DNA of 64,000 bases from Fimbriimonadales bacterium (GCA_041744215.1 JBGTLG010000026.1:1-64000), one strand, 5' to 3'; counted from the first letter of the stretch, positions 20,183 to 29,743 are shown. Numbers and translations are program-made. Notes: generated by a model from the sequence alone, not told the origin.

Positions 20183-20701
20183 CTACGACGTCTTCTTGAA
20201 GAGAAGCTCGCCTTCGTCAGGGTCGTCGGACTTCAACCGGAGGGTCTGGCCGTCTGCTAACACATCCAGCCTCATGGGCTCGGAGTCGAACTTAGCCTCT
20301 CCGCCAGACTCTGCTGCTTGCTTCTTGAAGTCGGCCTCAGACATTCCCATGAATTTCGTCGGAGTCAGCGAAAGGGAACTGCCATCTCGCTTCCAGGTGC
20401 CTTCAATTGGCAGAATCATTGAGAGCGTGAATGTGCCGTCGTCGCGCAGTTCGAGCCACATGCTCCCAGCGAACGCCTTCGCCATTTCGAGCGCCATTCG
20501 CTCCGCTGGATCGTCGCCTTTGGCTTCAGGCATCACGATTTCGGCGGACCATCTACCCACGAGCCCTGAACTGTGCGACGCGGTCTTGGTGACCGCTCTC
20601 GATCCCAGGCTCGCTTGCGGTGCGTATTCATTGGTTGGACCGGACTTTGCACACGCGGCAAACACCAGCAGCGCGAGCGGCAAAGTGTGTTGAATCTTCA
20701 T
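20183..20701 (-). CDS. Small lipoprotein, paralog of 18580-18996
   Basis: Lipobox FAAC; LVGRW, LELRDDGTF..PIEGTW..GMS. Confidence 0.78.
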   Translation of the reverse strand: MKIQHTLPLALLVFAACAKSGPTNEYAPQASLGSRAVTKTASHSSGLVGRWSAEIVMPEAKGDDPAERMALEMAKAFAGSMWLELRDDGTFTLSMILPIEGTWKRDGSSLSLTPTKFMGMSEADFKKQAAESGGEAKFDSEPMRLDVLADGQTLRLKSDDPDEGELLFKKTS

Positions 20702-20728
20702 GGTTGACTACCCCCTGTACCCCGCAGC

Positions 20729-22096
20729 CTATTCCACGCGGGGCCTGTCTTCCAACCAAGTAGCGTAGCGGGCAGCGAGAACCTCGTTTCTTTCTCGGGA
20801 GGGCTCGAAGGACCGGTGAACGCGCACGACCTGACACGCGTCGTCGAGGCTGCTCCAAACCCCGGCAAAGACCCCTGCCAGAAGCGCGGCTCCCTGCGCA
20901 GGACCACCTTCTCCCATGACGGCGTCGAGTGGAACACCGAATGCGTCTGAGATCAACCGGAGCCAGTAGTCGCTCCTCACCCCTCCCCCAGTAGCCCTCA
21001 GCCGACTTACAGGCGATTTCCGAAGAGACTCGAGCGCCCTCAAGCCGTCGAACAGCGCGAAAGTTATGCCTTCGAAGACAGCCGCCGCAGTTTCTGCGCG
21101 CCCGTCCGACAGCGCGAGGCCGGACAGTCGCGCGCGTAGCTCCGGATCGTTGTGCGGTGTCCTTTCGCCAGCCAAATATGGATAGAACGCAGCGGTTGTC
21201 GCGCCCGACTGCCTCGCCTCGCGGGCCATCTCGTCAAAGTCCCGGAAGCGGAAGGTGTCGCGCGTCCAGCGAAGCGCACCTCCACAACTCAACATAACTC
21301 CCATCGAGTGCCACCCACCGTTCGCATGACAAAACGTCTGGACGCGGCCATGCGGATCGCAGGCGGCATCGTCTTGTGAGGCGAAGACGACTCCGCTTGT
21401 GCCGAGGCTAAGGTTCGCAATAGTAGGCGTGATCGACCCGACGCCGACTGCCGCCGCAGCCTGGTCGCCTGCGCCGGGCAGGTCCTTCGACTCGACCGAT
21501 CTTGGAAAGATCGAGGGGTCCAATTCCAGCTTCTCTATCAGGCTGGTCGCCCACCTCCGGTTGGGCACATCGAAGAGCCCCGTCCCGCTCGCGTCGCTGA
21601 CGTCAGTTAGCTTTTCGCCGGTCAGTCGGAACCGGACGTAGTCTTTCGGGAGCAGCACTGAGCGCAGGCGCGCGAAGTTTTGCGGTTCATTGTTTCTCAG
21701 CCATAGGATCTTTGGCGTCTGGAATCCCGAGATCGGCGGGTTGCAAGTCGCAGCGCGAATGGTATCGATTCCAAGTACCGCTTCCATCTCGCGCACTTCA
21801 TGCGCTGTTCGCTGATCGTTCCACAGCAACGCGGGTCGGATCACTTCGTCGTTCTCGTCTAAGAAAACCGAACCGTGCATCTGTCCGGAAAAGCCTATCG
21901 CGTCATATTCGCCAAGTTGAGCAATGCACGAACTCGCAGCATTCCACCAGTCTTCAGGGCTCTGTTCTGTCCACCCAGGTTGCGGAGTGTAAAGAGGATA
22001 TTCAATCGAACATTGATCAATCATCACGCCTTCATCATTAATGAGAACCGCTTTGCACGATGTCGTTCCCACGTCGATTCCAATCAGTCTTGCCAT
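20729..22096 (-). CDS. xylB: Xylulokinase (FGGY family)
   Basis: GIDVGTTSCK, SGQMHG, LWNDQRT, LPKDY, DASGTG, GDQAA, YLAGERTP. Confidence 0.88.
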   Translation of the reverse strand: MARLIGIDVGTTSCKAVLINDEGVMIDQCSIEYPLYTPQPGWTEQSPEDWWNAASSCIAQLGEYDAIGFSGQMHGSVFLDENDEVIRPALLWNDQRTAHEVREMEAVLGIDTIRAATCNPPISGFQTPKILWLRNNEPQNFARLRSVLLPKDYVRFRLTGEKLTDVSDASGTGLFDVPNRRWATSLIEKLELDPSIFPRSVESKDLPGAGDQAAAAVGVGSITPTIANLSLGTSGVVFASQDDAACDPHGRVQTFCHANGGWHSMGVMLSCGGALRWTRDTFRFRDFDEMAREARQSGATTAAFYPYLAGERTPHNDPELRARLSGLALSDGRAETAAAVFEGITFALFDGLRALESLRKSPVSRLRATGGGVRSDYWLRLISDAFGVPLDAVMGEGGPAQGAALLAGVFAGVWSSLDDACQVVRVHRSFEPSRERNEVLAARYATWLEDRPRVE

Positions 22097-22101
22097 GCGT
22101 G

Positions 22102-23823
22102 TTATCGAGTGAGCTTCTCCGCAAGCGCGACGCCCGTTGTGATGAAGTTTTGCAGAATGCGAGTCGCACCGGAGTATTCCGGTGTCAACATTGACTTGTT
22201 CAAAAGATACAGGTTTTCAATATCGGTTTCGCAGACATTCGGTCGGCATTGCCAATAGACAACATCGCCCGACCAGAACAACCGATTGAATTGAGTTCGT
22301 TCACGCGAGTTGCGCGGTGAAATGCTCCTGTAATCCATCGGATACATCATCCAATGGCTGCCCGATTCGGGCTGTTCTCGCTTAAAGTCAGCTCGAACGT
22401 AAGGGTATTGCGTCATGAAATGTGCGGTCGATTTGCGGACGTAGAACTGTTCCGGCATTCTTACTGTCAGGTTTGGATTGTTTGCCACATACCTGAGATA
22501 GGTCTGCAATTCGGGAACCTCGATCTCGCGCAGTGGCCGCAGTCGATCGTCTTCCGAAAGCGAGTGCGCATGTTGAAGTAAGGTGAACCCAAACGAGTAG
22601 CTGATGCTGTTGAAGTTTCCAGATCCGCCGTTCAGGGCGATGTTGAAGCCGCTCGTTCTTCGTGCTCGATTCAACATCTTGAGTCCCTCGCTATCGGAGT
22701 TGATCCCTTTGAGCTGCATATAGAAGTTGAATCCCTCAGCGACAGCCTTGAAACCGAGCCAGTAGTTTCCTCGGTCGTGTGCAAAGTCGGACGAGAGGTC
22801 TTTTCGAAGCTCCTCGAGCGACATCTTCGCCAAGTAATGCTGATCTACCCCACTCAGAGACCGCGAAGCGAACTCCGCTATCGAAGTCGGTGACAATCGA
22901 GGATTGCGAACGAGAGATTCGATATCTGCGCGGGTGATGTTAGGGATATCAAAGACGAGGCCGTAGGGGAGGTTAGGAGTCAGCGCGTCAAACTCCAAGC
23001 CTGCCTTTTCCGCAACTCGAGATTCTGGGTCGGTATCCAAAAAGACGTCTGCGTAAACCGACACACCAGCAGGGAGGTCGATGGAGGTGATTCGGGACCC
23101 GTCCATGTTCACACGCATCATCTCGTACGCGGGAACTTCCAGAATCTTGATTCGGTCCTTGTACTCGGCCTCCAAGAAAGAGCGAATCCGGCTGTCGATT
23201 CCTGCTGGCAGTGCCACAAAGTCGCCCATTTTCAGAGCCTTTCGATAGAGTTCGCGCTGCTCTTCGGGCCTCGGCGTCAGCCAGTAACCATCGAAAAATC
23301 TGAGATTGCCTCCATCGTCCGAGCAAAGCCCGCCTAGAGGCCCCGCGTGCAGGACCGCGACAGATTTGCTTCGCTTTGCGAATGCAATGGCGGTAGTGAT
23401 TGACTCCATTTCACCGCCGATCAATAAGACGTCAACTTTCTCAGTTGACTCTGCAGGGGGGAATCCCAACTCATCGACTGGCAGGAGGTCAATCGCTCCG
23501 CGTTCAACTGATACACGAAAGCGGAGGCACTGTGGATTCCGTCGTCGAGCATCCTCGATCAAGTCGACTGTCGCCAGCATTTTGGGGCGCTTTGGATCAG
23601 AGCGGTTTCCCGTGTCGAGACGATGTGTCAGGTCCTCGACGCGGTAGCGGAGGTCGCGCGTGTTGACTATCTGGCCGGGCACGAGGATATGGTCATCGAG
23701 CAGGACATCCTCGACCGACCTGCCGGTGATGGTCGTCGCCGGTTCGGGCACTGCTGGCGAGGTCCCTCGCCCGCAACCAAGAGCGAAGAACAGCGGCGGG
23801 AGGACAAGCAGCCAGCGCATCAT
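22102..23823 (-). CDS. Lipoprotein with a divergent FAD-dependent oxidoreductase-like domain
   Basis: Lipobox ALGC; DVLLIGGEMESITTAI..LGGL; FLDTDPESRVAEKAG. Confidence 0.6.
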   Translation of the reverse strand: MMRWLLVLPPLFFALGCGRGTSPAVPEPATTITGRSVEDVLLDDHILVPGQIVNTRDLRYRVEDLTHRLDTGNRSDPKRPKMLATVDLIEDARRRNPQCLRFRVSVERGAIDLLPVDELGFPPAESTEKVDVLLIGGEMESITTAIAFAKRSKSVAVLHAGPLGGLCSDDGGNLRFFDGYWLTPRPEEQRELYRKALKMGDFVALPAGIDSRIRSFLEAEYKDRIKILEVPAYEMMRVNMDGSRITSIDLPAGVSVYADVFLDTDPESRVAEKAGLEFDALTPNLPYGLVFDIPNITRADIESLVRNPRLSPTSIAEFASRSLSGVDQHYLAKMSLEELRKDLSSDFAHDRGNYWLGFKAVAEGFNFYMQLKGINSDSEGLKMLNRARRTSGFNIALNGGSGNFNSISYSFGFTLLQHAHSLSEDDRLRPLREIEVPELQTYLRYVANNPNLTVRMPEQFYVRKSTAHFMTQYPYVRADFKREQPESGSHWMMYPMDYRSISPRNSRERTQFNRLFWSGDVVYWQCRPNVCETDIENLYLLNKSMLTPEYSGATRILQNFITTGVALAEKLTR

Positions 23824-23948
23824 CAGCCAGGCTGGGATAGTGCCATATTCCTGGGCGTTCGAGGCGTTGTAAAATGAAGGGGTGCGACCGAAGCGCGCAC
23901 AAACCGTCTATATGATCGTAGACATACCTTTTGAGGAGGAGTGAATCA

Positions 23949-24662
23949 ATGAACAATTGGAGTGAAGGCAACTACGGAGAGACCGCGGCCTATGCATCGG
24001 TCGACAGTCGGGTCGAGTTCATTCGCAAGACGTACGGCCACCTCACGGCCGCGATCGGAGTGTTTGTCCTGCTGTCCTACGCATTTTTGGAAGGTGGACT
24101 CGGCGAGAGACTTGCCGAGATGGTCGTAGGTGGTGGGCGGTACGGTTGGCTACTGGTTCTTGGTGCCTTTATGATCGTCGGCTACTTCGCGAGTTGGATG
24201 GCTCAGTCGAGCCGGAACATCGGCATGCAATATGTAGGCCTGCTTGTCTACACAGTAGCTTGGTCGATCCTGTTTGCCCCGGTCATCTTCATCGCGACCA
24301 CATTCCCTGAGTACGCCGGCGTGTTGTCGCAGGCGGCGATCCTCACCTTGAGCACATTTGGTGCCCTGACTTTCTACGTGTTCGTGACCAAGAAGGACTT
24401 CTCATTCATGGGCCCGATCCTCGCGATCGTCGGCATCGTCGCCCTCGGGCTGATCGTTGGCGGAATCCTGTTTGGGTTCCATTTGGGCCTTTGGTTCAGC
24501 GGGCTTATGATCGTGTTCGCAGCGGGGGCGGTGCTCTACACGACGTCGAGAGTCCTGCACGAGTACGGAACCGACCAATACGTCGGCGCGGCCCTCGAGC
24601 TGTTTGCTGCGATCGCTCTGATGTTTTGGTATGTCCTTCGCCTTCTGATGGCTCGGCGCTAG
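23949..24662 (+). CDS. Bax inhibitor-1/YccA family membrane protein
   Basis: FIRKTYGHL, TKKDFSFMG, about 7 TM segments, YVGAALELF; GAGGAGG SD. Confidence 0.9.
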   Translation: MNNWSEGNYGETAAYASVDSRVEFIRKTYGHLTAAIGVFVLLSYAFLEGGLGERLAEMVVGGGRYGWLLVLGAFMIVGYFASWMAQSSRNIGMQYVGLLVYTVAWSILFAPVIFIATTFPEYAGVLSQAAILTLSTFGALTFYVFVTKKDFSFMGPILAIVGIVALGLIVGGILFGFHLGLWFSGLMIVFAAGAVLYTTSRVLHEYGTDQYVGAALELFAAIALMFWYVLRLLMARR

Positions 24663-24717
24663 CCCGGAACTCAAGGAATCTGCGCCCGCAAGCCGAGAGT
24701 GCCTGTGGCCGCAGAAA

Positions 24718-24754
24718 CGCAGACCCAGCGGTTTTGCTGGGTCTGCGGTTTTTT
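24718..24754 (+). terminator. Intrinsic terminator
   Basis: 12-bp stem CGCAGACCCAGC/GCTGGGTCTGCG followed by a T-tract. Confidence 0.85.
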
Positions 24755-24821
24755 GCAAAAAACTCCTCGGTGCCGCGCGATTCTGCGCACCATTTTTTGT
24801 GGATTTGCGTCAATATTCACG

Positions 24822-24942
24822 TAGCCGAATCCGGGTGACGCTCGGAGCGGGGGACCCAATAAAATGGGGTGAATCCCGGGAGACCGGGAAGGGTAGCTCA
24901 TGGCCCTAACCCGACAGCTAACCCCGTAGGCGGATCTTGAGC
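24822..24942 (+). ncRNA. Cyclic di-AMP (ydaO-yuaA) riboswitch
   Basis: Conserved blocks GCCGAATCCG...CGGAGCGGGGGACCCA...TGGGGTGAATC...AGGG...AACCCGACAGCTAACCCCGTAGGCG in canonical order. Confidence 0.9.
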
Positions 24943-24990
24943 GCCCGCCAGGCCGGACGCTCCATGAAGTAAATCCGTGGAGGTTGCCGT

Positions 24991-25284
24991 TTGCTAACGC
25001 GCAGAGACGTACTCGACCGACTGGAGAAGATCCAGGGGTCGCCCGATGACGTTGCCCATAAAGCCCGCCGGCTTCGAGAGCTCGAAGCGGCGGTCACCAC
25101 CGAAATCCATGATCTGGAGGCCGGTGTACTTTCCTTGCAGAACGAACTCACTCACAAAGCTCGTTCAAAAATGCTAGTCCGACTTGATCGGCTGCGTGCG
25201 TGTGTGGATGAGGTCCGCCGCTCGCAAGATGACGTTCTTCGCCGCGCCGATTTGCGGCTCACGGCAAACTCCTCGACTCCGTAA
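24991..25284 (+). CDS. Hypothetical small helical/coiled-coil protein downstream of the c-di-AMP riboswitch
   Basis: GGAGG SD at 24979-24983, TTG start, amphipathic helices, followed by a hairpin. Confidence 0.7.
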   Translation: MLTRRDVLDRLEKIQGSPDDVAHKARRLRELEAAVTTEIHDLEAGVLSLQNELTHKARSKMLVRLDRLRACVDEVRRSQDDVLRRADLRLTANSSTP

Positions 25285-25297
25285 AATGCTACTCCTG

Positions 25298-25324
25298 CGT
25301 TGGGAGGGATCCTCCCTCCCAACG
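25298..25324. terminator. Hairpin between convergent genes
   Basis: CGTTGGGAGGGA-tcc-TCCCTCCCAACG. Confidence 0.65.
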
Positions 25325-25328
25325 GGCA

Positions 25329-27071
25329 TTACAGTTCACCGTCGAATACACCGGTGCTAAAGGCGCGGTACATCCCCGCATAGGTTCCGTTTCTCTCCAG
25401 AAGTTCTTCGTGTGAGCCCACTTCCACCGTTTGCCCCCGGTTGAGCACTACGATCTTGTCGGCTCTGGCCGCTGTGTTCAGACGGTGAGCGATGAGCAGA
25501 GTTGTTCGCTCCTGCATTGCATCAGACAGCGCCTCTTGAACCTTTCTCTCGCTCAGGGGGTCGAGGGAGGAGGTAGCTTCATCGAGGATGAGCAGCGTTG
25601 GATCGATTAGCAGCGCTCGAGCGATTGCGACACGCTGCATCTCTCCTCCGGACAGCCGAGTTCCGCGCTCCCCGAGCTTGGTGTCGTACTTGTCCGGGAG
25701 TTTGTCTATGAACTCATCCGCATGCGCCATCTTCGCAGCGCCCACAATCTCGTCGTCGGAAGCGTGCGGGTTTCCGTAGCCGAGATTTTCCCTTAGCGAT
25801 GCAGCGAACAACATCGTTTGCTGCGGCACGACGCCAATGCGCTGCCTCAGCCAGTTTACGTCCAAGTCGCGAAGGTCGATGCCATCAAATGTGATCTTGC
25901 CTTCGGTGGGATCGTAGAAGCGGAGAATGAGGTCGGTTATCGTACTCTTGCCCGCCCCGCTCCTTCCGACAAGTGCGAGACTCTTTCCCGGTTCAATAGC
26001 AAAGCTGACGTTTTCAAGCGCGAGAGTGCCGTCGGGATAGCGAAACGTGACTTCATGAAACTCGATCCGTCCTTGGGGAGACTCGATCACTTTGTTTTGT
26101 CGCGATTCGGGGAGGTCGGAACTTACGTCGAGCACCTCGCGATAGACTCTGTCGACAGCGGCAACAATCTGACTGTAAGTGTTTGCCAAGTTGCCCAATC
26201 CATTGGCACCATTCTTAATCTTATCTAAAGTGAATCCAAACGCTAAAAGGTCCTTTATCGCCATCTCACCCTGTGAGATGAGCCAACCGCCAACAAACAT
26301 CGTTGCCGCAAGCGCAATTGCGCCGATTAGCTCTGTCGATGGTTTCAGCGCAGCGATGCGCCTTACCAGCGCCATGTTCTTTTCAAAATTGCGACGTAGC
26401 TGATTGCGAAATCTATGGACTTCTCGCTGCTCTGCGTTGAATGACTTCACAACCCTAACGGAGTTCAGCGACTCCTGCATCAAACTGGTCATCGAAGAAA
26501 GCTCGGACTGCACTTCGTCTTGCGCACGGCGCACCTTTTTCGCCGTTCTTCTTATCACGAACACAACAAACGGGAGAGCCAAGAGCGCGACGAAGGTGAG
26601 TTTCCAGCTTAGGATGAAGAGCGCAGCAATCCCTCCAACTACGAGAAGTGGCCCCGTGATCGCATCGCGAACGACGACGACGCCGTTCTGCACGACCATC
26701 ACATCATTCGTGATGACACTTTGGAGGGCGCCAACACGCTGGCGATTGAAGAATGAGATCGGGAGTGAGTGCAGTTTTTCAAACAGCTGCCCACGAAGAT
26801 CTTCAGTAGTCGCTTGTGCAGCCTTGCTTAGAAAATATGTTTGGCCAAACGTGAAGATGTACTTGACGCTGTACACCACCACCACACCGATACAGAGCAG
26901 GCCGAGGAGCCTCGGATCGCTACGTTCGATCGCGTCGATCGTCCAGTAGATGAACGCAATCGATGATAGGTCAAGCAGGCTGCTAACGCCTGAGCAAACA
27001 AGGCCGAGCAACAGCGCGCCGCGCTGTCGCTTGATTAGCGCAAGGAATCTGGGATCAAGCCTGCTTCGCAT
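25329..27071 (-). CDS. ABC transporter, fused permease/ATPase (MsbA-like)
   Basis: N-terminal TMD; GRSGAGKST, LSGGEMQR, ILDEATS, IAHRL. Confidence 0.92.
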   Translation of the reverse strand: MRSRLDPRFLALIKRQRGALLLGLVCSGVSSLLDLSSIAFIYWTIDAIERSDPRLLGLLCIGVVVVYSVKYIFTFGQTYFLSKAAQATTEDLRGQLFEKLHSLPISFFNRQRVGALQSVITNDVMVVQNGVVVVRDAITGPLLVVGGIAALFILSWKLTFVALLALPFVVFVIRRTAKKVRRAQDEVQSELSSMTSLMQESLNSVRVVKSFNAEQREVHRFRNQLRRNFEKNMALVRRIAALKPSTELIGAIALAATMFVGGWLISQGEMAIKDLLAFGFTLDKIKNGANGLGNLANTYSQIVAAVDRVYREVLDVSSDLPESRQNKVIESPQGRIEFHEVTFRYPDGTLALENVSFAIEPGKSLALVGRSGAGKSTITDLILRFYDPTEGKITFDGIDLRDLDVNWLRQRIGVVPQQTMLFAASLRENLGYGNPHASDDEIVGAAKMAHADEFIDKLPDKYDTKLGERGTRLSGGEMQRVAIARALLIDPTLLILDEATSSLDPLSERKVQEALSDAMQERTTLLIAHRLNTAARADKIVVLNRGQTVEVGSHEELLERNGTYAGMYRAFSTGVFDGEL

Positions 27072-27087
27072 TAGGTGTACCGAAAGG

Positions 27088-27780
27088 CTACCCTTCGGCA
27101 AGCCCTCCGAATGTTCTCGTCCGACTTGCGTACACATCGCACGCGGCCTGCAGATCGTCCACAGTGAACTCTGGCCACGACTTTTCAACAACGACGAGCT
27201 CTGAGTATGCGCCTTGCCAGAGCAGGAAATTGCTCCACCGCATTTCGCCCGCAGTACGAATCAGCAAATCCGGCTCTGGAATATCTGCGTTGTATAGACT
27301 CGAAGAGATTGCGTCTTCGCTCACGCTCGTCGCGCCATCTGCTATTAGGTGATTGACCGCATCGACAATCTCAGCCCGACCGCCGTAGTTGATGCAGAGC
27401 GTGAAGGTGATTCCTGTATTGTTCTTGGTCGTCTCCACGCCGCGCTCAAGCGCTTCACGCAATGAGTCGGGAACTTCGTGGATTCGTCCCGCGGTGCGGA
27501 TACGAATGTTGTTTTGATGCATGACGCGCAGTTCGTCGATTGCCGCTTGCGTGATAAGTTGCATGAGACCATCAACTTCTTCCTTTGGCCGACGCCAATT
27601 CTCCGCAGAGAAGGCGTAGACCGTCAGATAGCGAATGCCGAGCTTGTCGGCTGAAAGAATGATTTGACGGAGAGTGCGATAGCCTTCGCGGTGACCGACT
27701 AAGCGTGGCAGTCCTCGCTCTTCGGCCCATCGGCCGTTTCCGTCCATGATGATGGCGACGTGCGCAGGTGGCAAAATCAT
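27088..27780 (-). CDS. uppS: Polyprenyl (undecaprenyl) diphosphate synthase
   Basis: HVAIIMDGNGRWA, YAFSAENWRRP, NYGGRAEI, DLLIRTAGE.RWSNFLLWQ. Confidence 0.96.
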   Translation of the reverse strand: MILPPAHVAIIMDGNGRWAEERGLPRLVGHREGYRTLRQIILSADKLGIRYLTVYAFSAENWRRPKEEVDGLMQLITQAAIDELRVMHQNNIRIRTAGRIHEVPDSLREALERGVETTKNNTGITFTLCINYGGRAEIVDAVNHLIADGATSVSEDAISSSLYNADIPEPDLLIRTAGEMRWSNFLLWQGAYSELVVVEKSWPEFTVDDLQAACDVYASRTRTFGGLAEG

Positions 27781-27880
27781 ATGCTGGAACCGTGAGCAAG
27801 ATACCCCCAGCCACATTCGAGGCGATATTAACTCTAAGATATGGTAGTTATGGTTGGTGTTAGATGTAAGGGATAAGGCG

Positions 27881-28129
27881 ATGGAATACGATATGAACAC
27901 ATTCGAGGGAGTGCTGAGATCTCTCGGGCTATCGGGGCGGGAGGCACGGGTAACTATCGAAGTTGTCAGTGGAAAACTTGACAAAGAGATTGCGCTTACT
28001 CTCAGGCTATCCGTGAGAACTGTTAAGGAGTACGAACGAAGGGCCCGCCAAAAGTTGGGAGTTACGAATCGGGCAGGTCTGACATTTGCCGCGACACTTG
28101 CGTACTTCCAGGTCGGGGTGAACAAGTAG
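27881..28129 (+). CDS. Stand-alone LuxR-type HTH regulator
   Basis: LSGREARV..G..DKEIA..L.LSVRTVKEY..RARQKLGV.NRA.L. Confidence 0.82.
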   Translation: MEYDMNTFEGVLRSLGLSGREARVTIEVVSGKLDKEIALTLRLSVRTVKEYERRARQKLGVTNRAGLTFAATLAYFQVGVNK

Positions 28130-28194
28130 ACGCATGTCGGCTGACCGAAAGGACGACTTGCATTCCAGGTTCTTCGTTGATACACTAAGTCGGT

Positions 28195-28770
28195 ATGTTG
28201 AGAGGGCGATCTTCTGTGATCGTAGCTGGCGCTTTGTTCGCGCTAGGATGGTTCGCCCTGCTCGGGGCGTTTGTGGCATCTCCCGGATTCAACCATCGTT
28301 ACTCTATGCGATCGCACACTAATCTGAACAGCATCCAATTCGCTTACGATACTGCACGAGACCCAAGAATTGGGGACGTATTGGAACTCGGGGAATTGCC
28401 TGCGGCAAACAACGATCACCCGGGACCTGTGTTGATCGTAGCTATGGGTGATTGCCAAGGCTGTTCATCGAACGTGTTCAAACCGAACTTACTCGAAGTC
28501 GGATCCTACTCTCGTATAATACTAGTCCATTCCGGAGAGAAGGAGGAAAACTGGCGCCTTCGGGTCCCAGACGATGAGCGCTTCACCATCATCTCGGATC
28601 CACGGAGAATGCTTCATTCTTCGCTCAACGCTGCCTGGACCCCTCGATTCTATATATGTTCTAACGACTTGACATTATTGGCCATTCAAACAACACCATA
28701 CGAAACTCCTGATTTTGTCGTCGTCCGCGAGAGCGATCGGGCTGTTGAGGTTGAGAATCATGCGAGATAG
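28195..28770 (+). CDS. Membrane-anchored thioredoxin-fold protein (CxxC)
   Basis: N-terminal TM; VLIVAMGDCQGCS; NAAWTPRFY cis-Pro loop. Confidence 0.7.
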   Translation: MLRGRSSVIVAGALFALGWFALLGAFVASPGFNHRYSMRSHTNLNSIQFAYDTARDPRIGDVLELGELPAANNDHPGPVLIVAMGDCQGCSSNVFKPNLLEVGSYSRIILVHSGEKEENWRLRVPDDERFTIISDPRRMLHSSLNAAWTPRFYICSNDLTLLAIQTTPYETPDFVVVRESDRAVEVENHAR

Positions 28771-29350
28771 CAGGGGGTTCACTATCACAGAACTCGTAGT
28801 GGGGGTCGCGATCATGATGCTGATGGCAGCCATAACAATTCCTGTCGCTTTCAAGGTAAAGGAGAAAGCATCCATCACAAACAGCATTAGCAATCTCCAA
28901 CAGATCGGAATGGCGTTGAACATGTATAGGGCGTCCTACGACGGAGATGGTAAGTACGGATACTGGGCACAAATGGGCATGCCACCCCATGTGAGCACAC
29001 TGGTACCGACCGGCTACATTGAGTCTGGCCGCTTAGAGTGCACGGGCCTCCCCATTCCGACCAATCCCAACCGCGAAAGATATCATCCGGCATCGTGGAA
29101 AGCGGAAGACTGGAAGCACTTAGAATCAGAAGGTTTTCATCTAGAGTACTGGGGGCCGTATGTGGAGCGGTATCAAGAGAACGCGATAGCGGTATACGAT
29201 ATTCACCATCCTCGCGACGGATTCTCAGGGATTCCGTATTCTCCAATGGACTCGTGGAGATCCATAGGGCTGTATCTTGCAGGCTCGGTCAAGGTCAGAG
29301 TTCGTGCAGGCGATCCTGAGCGGCGCAAGTGGTGGCATGACGATTGGTAA
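28760..29350 (+). CDS. Prepilin-type N-terminal cleavage/methylation domain protein
   Basis: SRG|FTITEL class III signal plus hydrophobic helix; SNLQQIGMALNMY..YDG; C-terminal GLYLAGSVK. Confidence 0.85.
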   Translation: MRDSRGFTITELVVGVAIMMLMAAITIPVAFKVKEKASITNSISNLQQIGMALNMYRASYDGDGKYGYWAQMGMPPHVSTLVPTGYIESGRLECTGLPIPTNPNRERYHPASWKAEDWKHLESEGFHLEYWGPYVERYQENAIAVYDIHHPRDGFSGIPYSPMDSWRSIGLYLAGSVKVRVRAGDPERRKWWHDDW

Positions 29351-29380
29351 CGAGATGAGACAACAATAGGAGTCAATCGG

Positions 29381-29740
29381 ATGAAGAAGATGATTCGCAA
29401 GGTGACGTACTGCGTTATAGCTGGTGTTGTGCTTGGGACGATCCCTTCACTGCTCAATGCGCATGACTGTAATTCGCAAGCGGGGTGCCCTAATATTGAG
29501 TGTCCCGCATGGTGCACTGTGAGCCAAGAAGCGACTGTGGTGTGGAAATGCGTGACTTACGCCTCTACAACTACTCACTGCTGCGAGTGCAAATACAAGA
29601 TCTACGCTTGCATCGGCACGGATTGCGGTAGCACGGGCAAGCGCGAATACCAGGGTAACTGGCGCAACCACCAAGGTCCCGGAATTTGTTCGGGAGACAA
29701 CTGCGTCGGTTACGATCCCAACGATCCGCCAGGTGGATAG
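29381..29740 (+). CDS. Secreted cysteine-rich miniprotein
   Basis: AGGAG SD; Sec-type signal ending LNA; 12 Cys in the ~92-aa mature part. Confidence 0.8.
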   Translation: MKKMIRKVTYCVIAGVVLGTIPSLLNAHDCNSQAGCPNIECPAWCTVSQEATVVWKCVTYASTTTHCCECKYKIYACIGTDCGSTGKREYQGNWRNHQGPGICSGDNCVGYDPNDPPGG

Positions 29741-29743
29741 TTG

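Noticed and set aside
27781-28185. 135-aa N-terminal extension of UppS in the ORF track
   Set aside because: It is the antisense of the LuxR gene; UppS homology starts at ATG 27780
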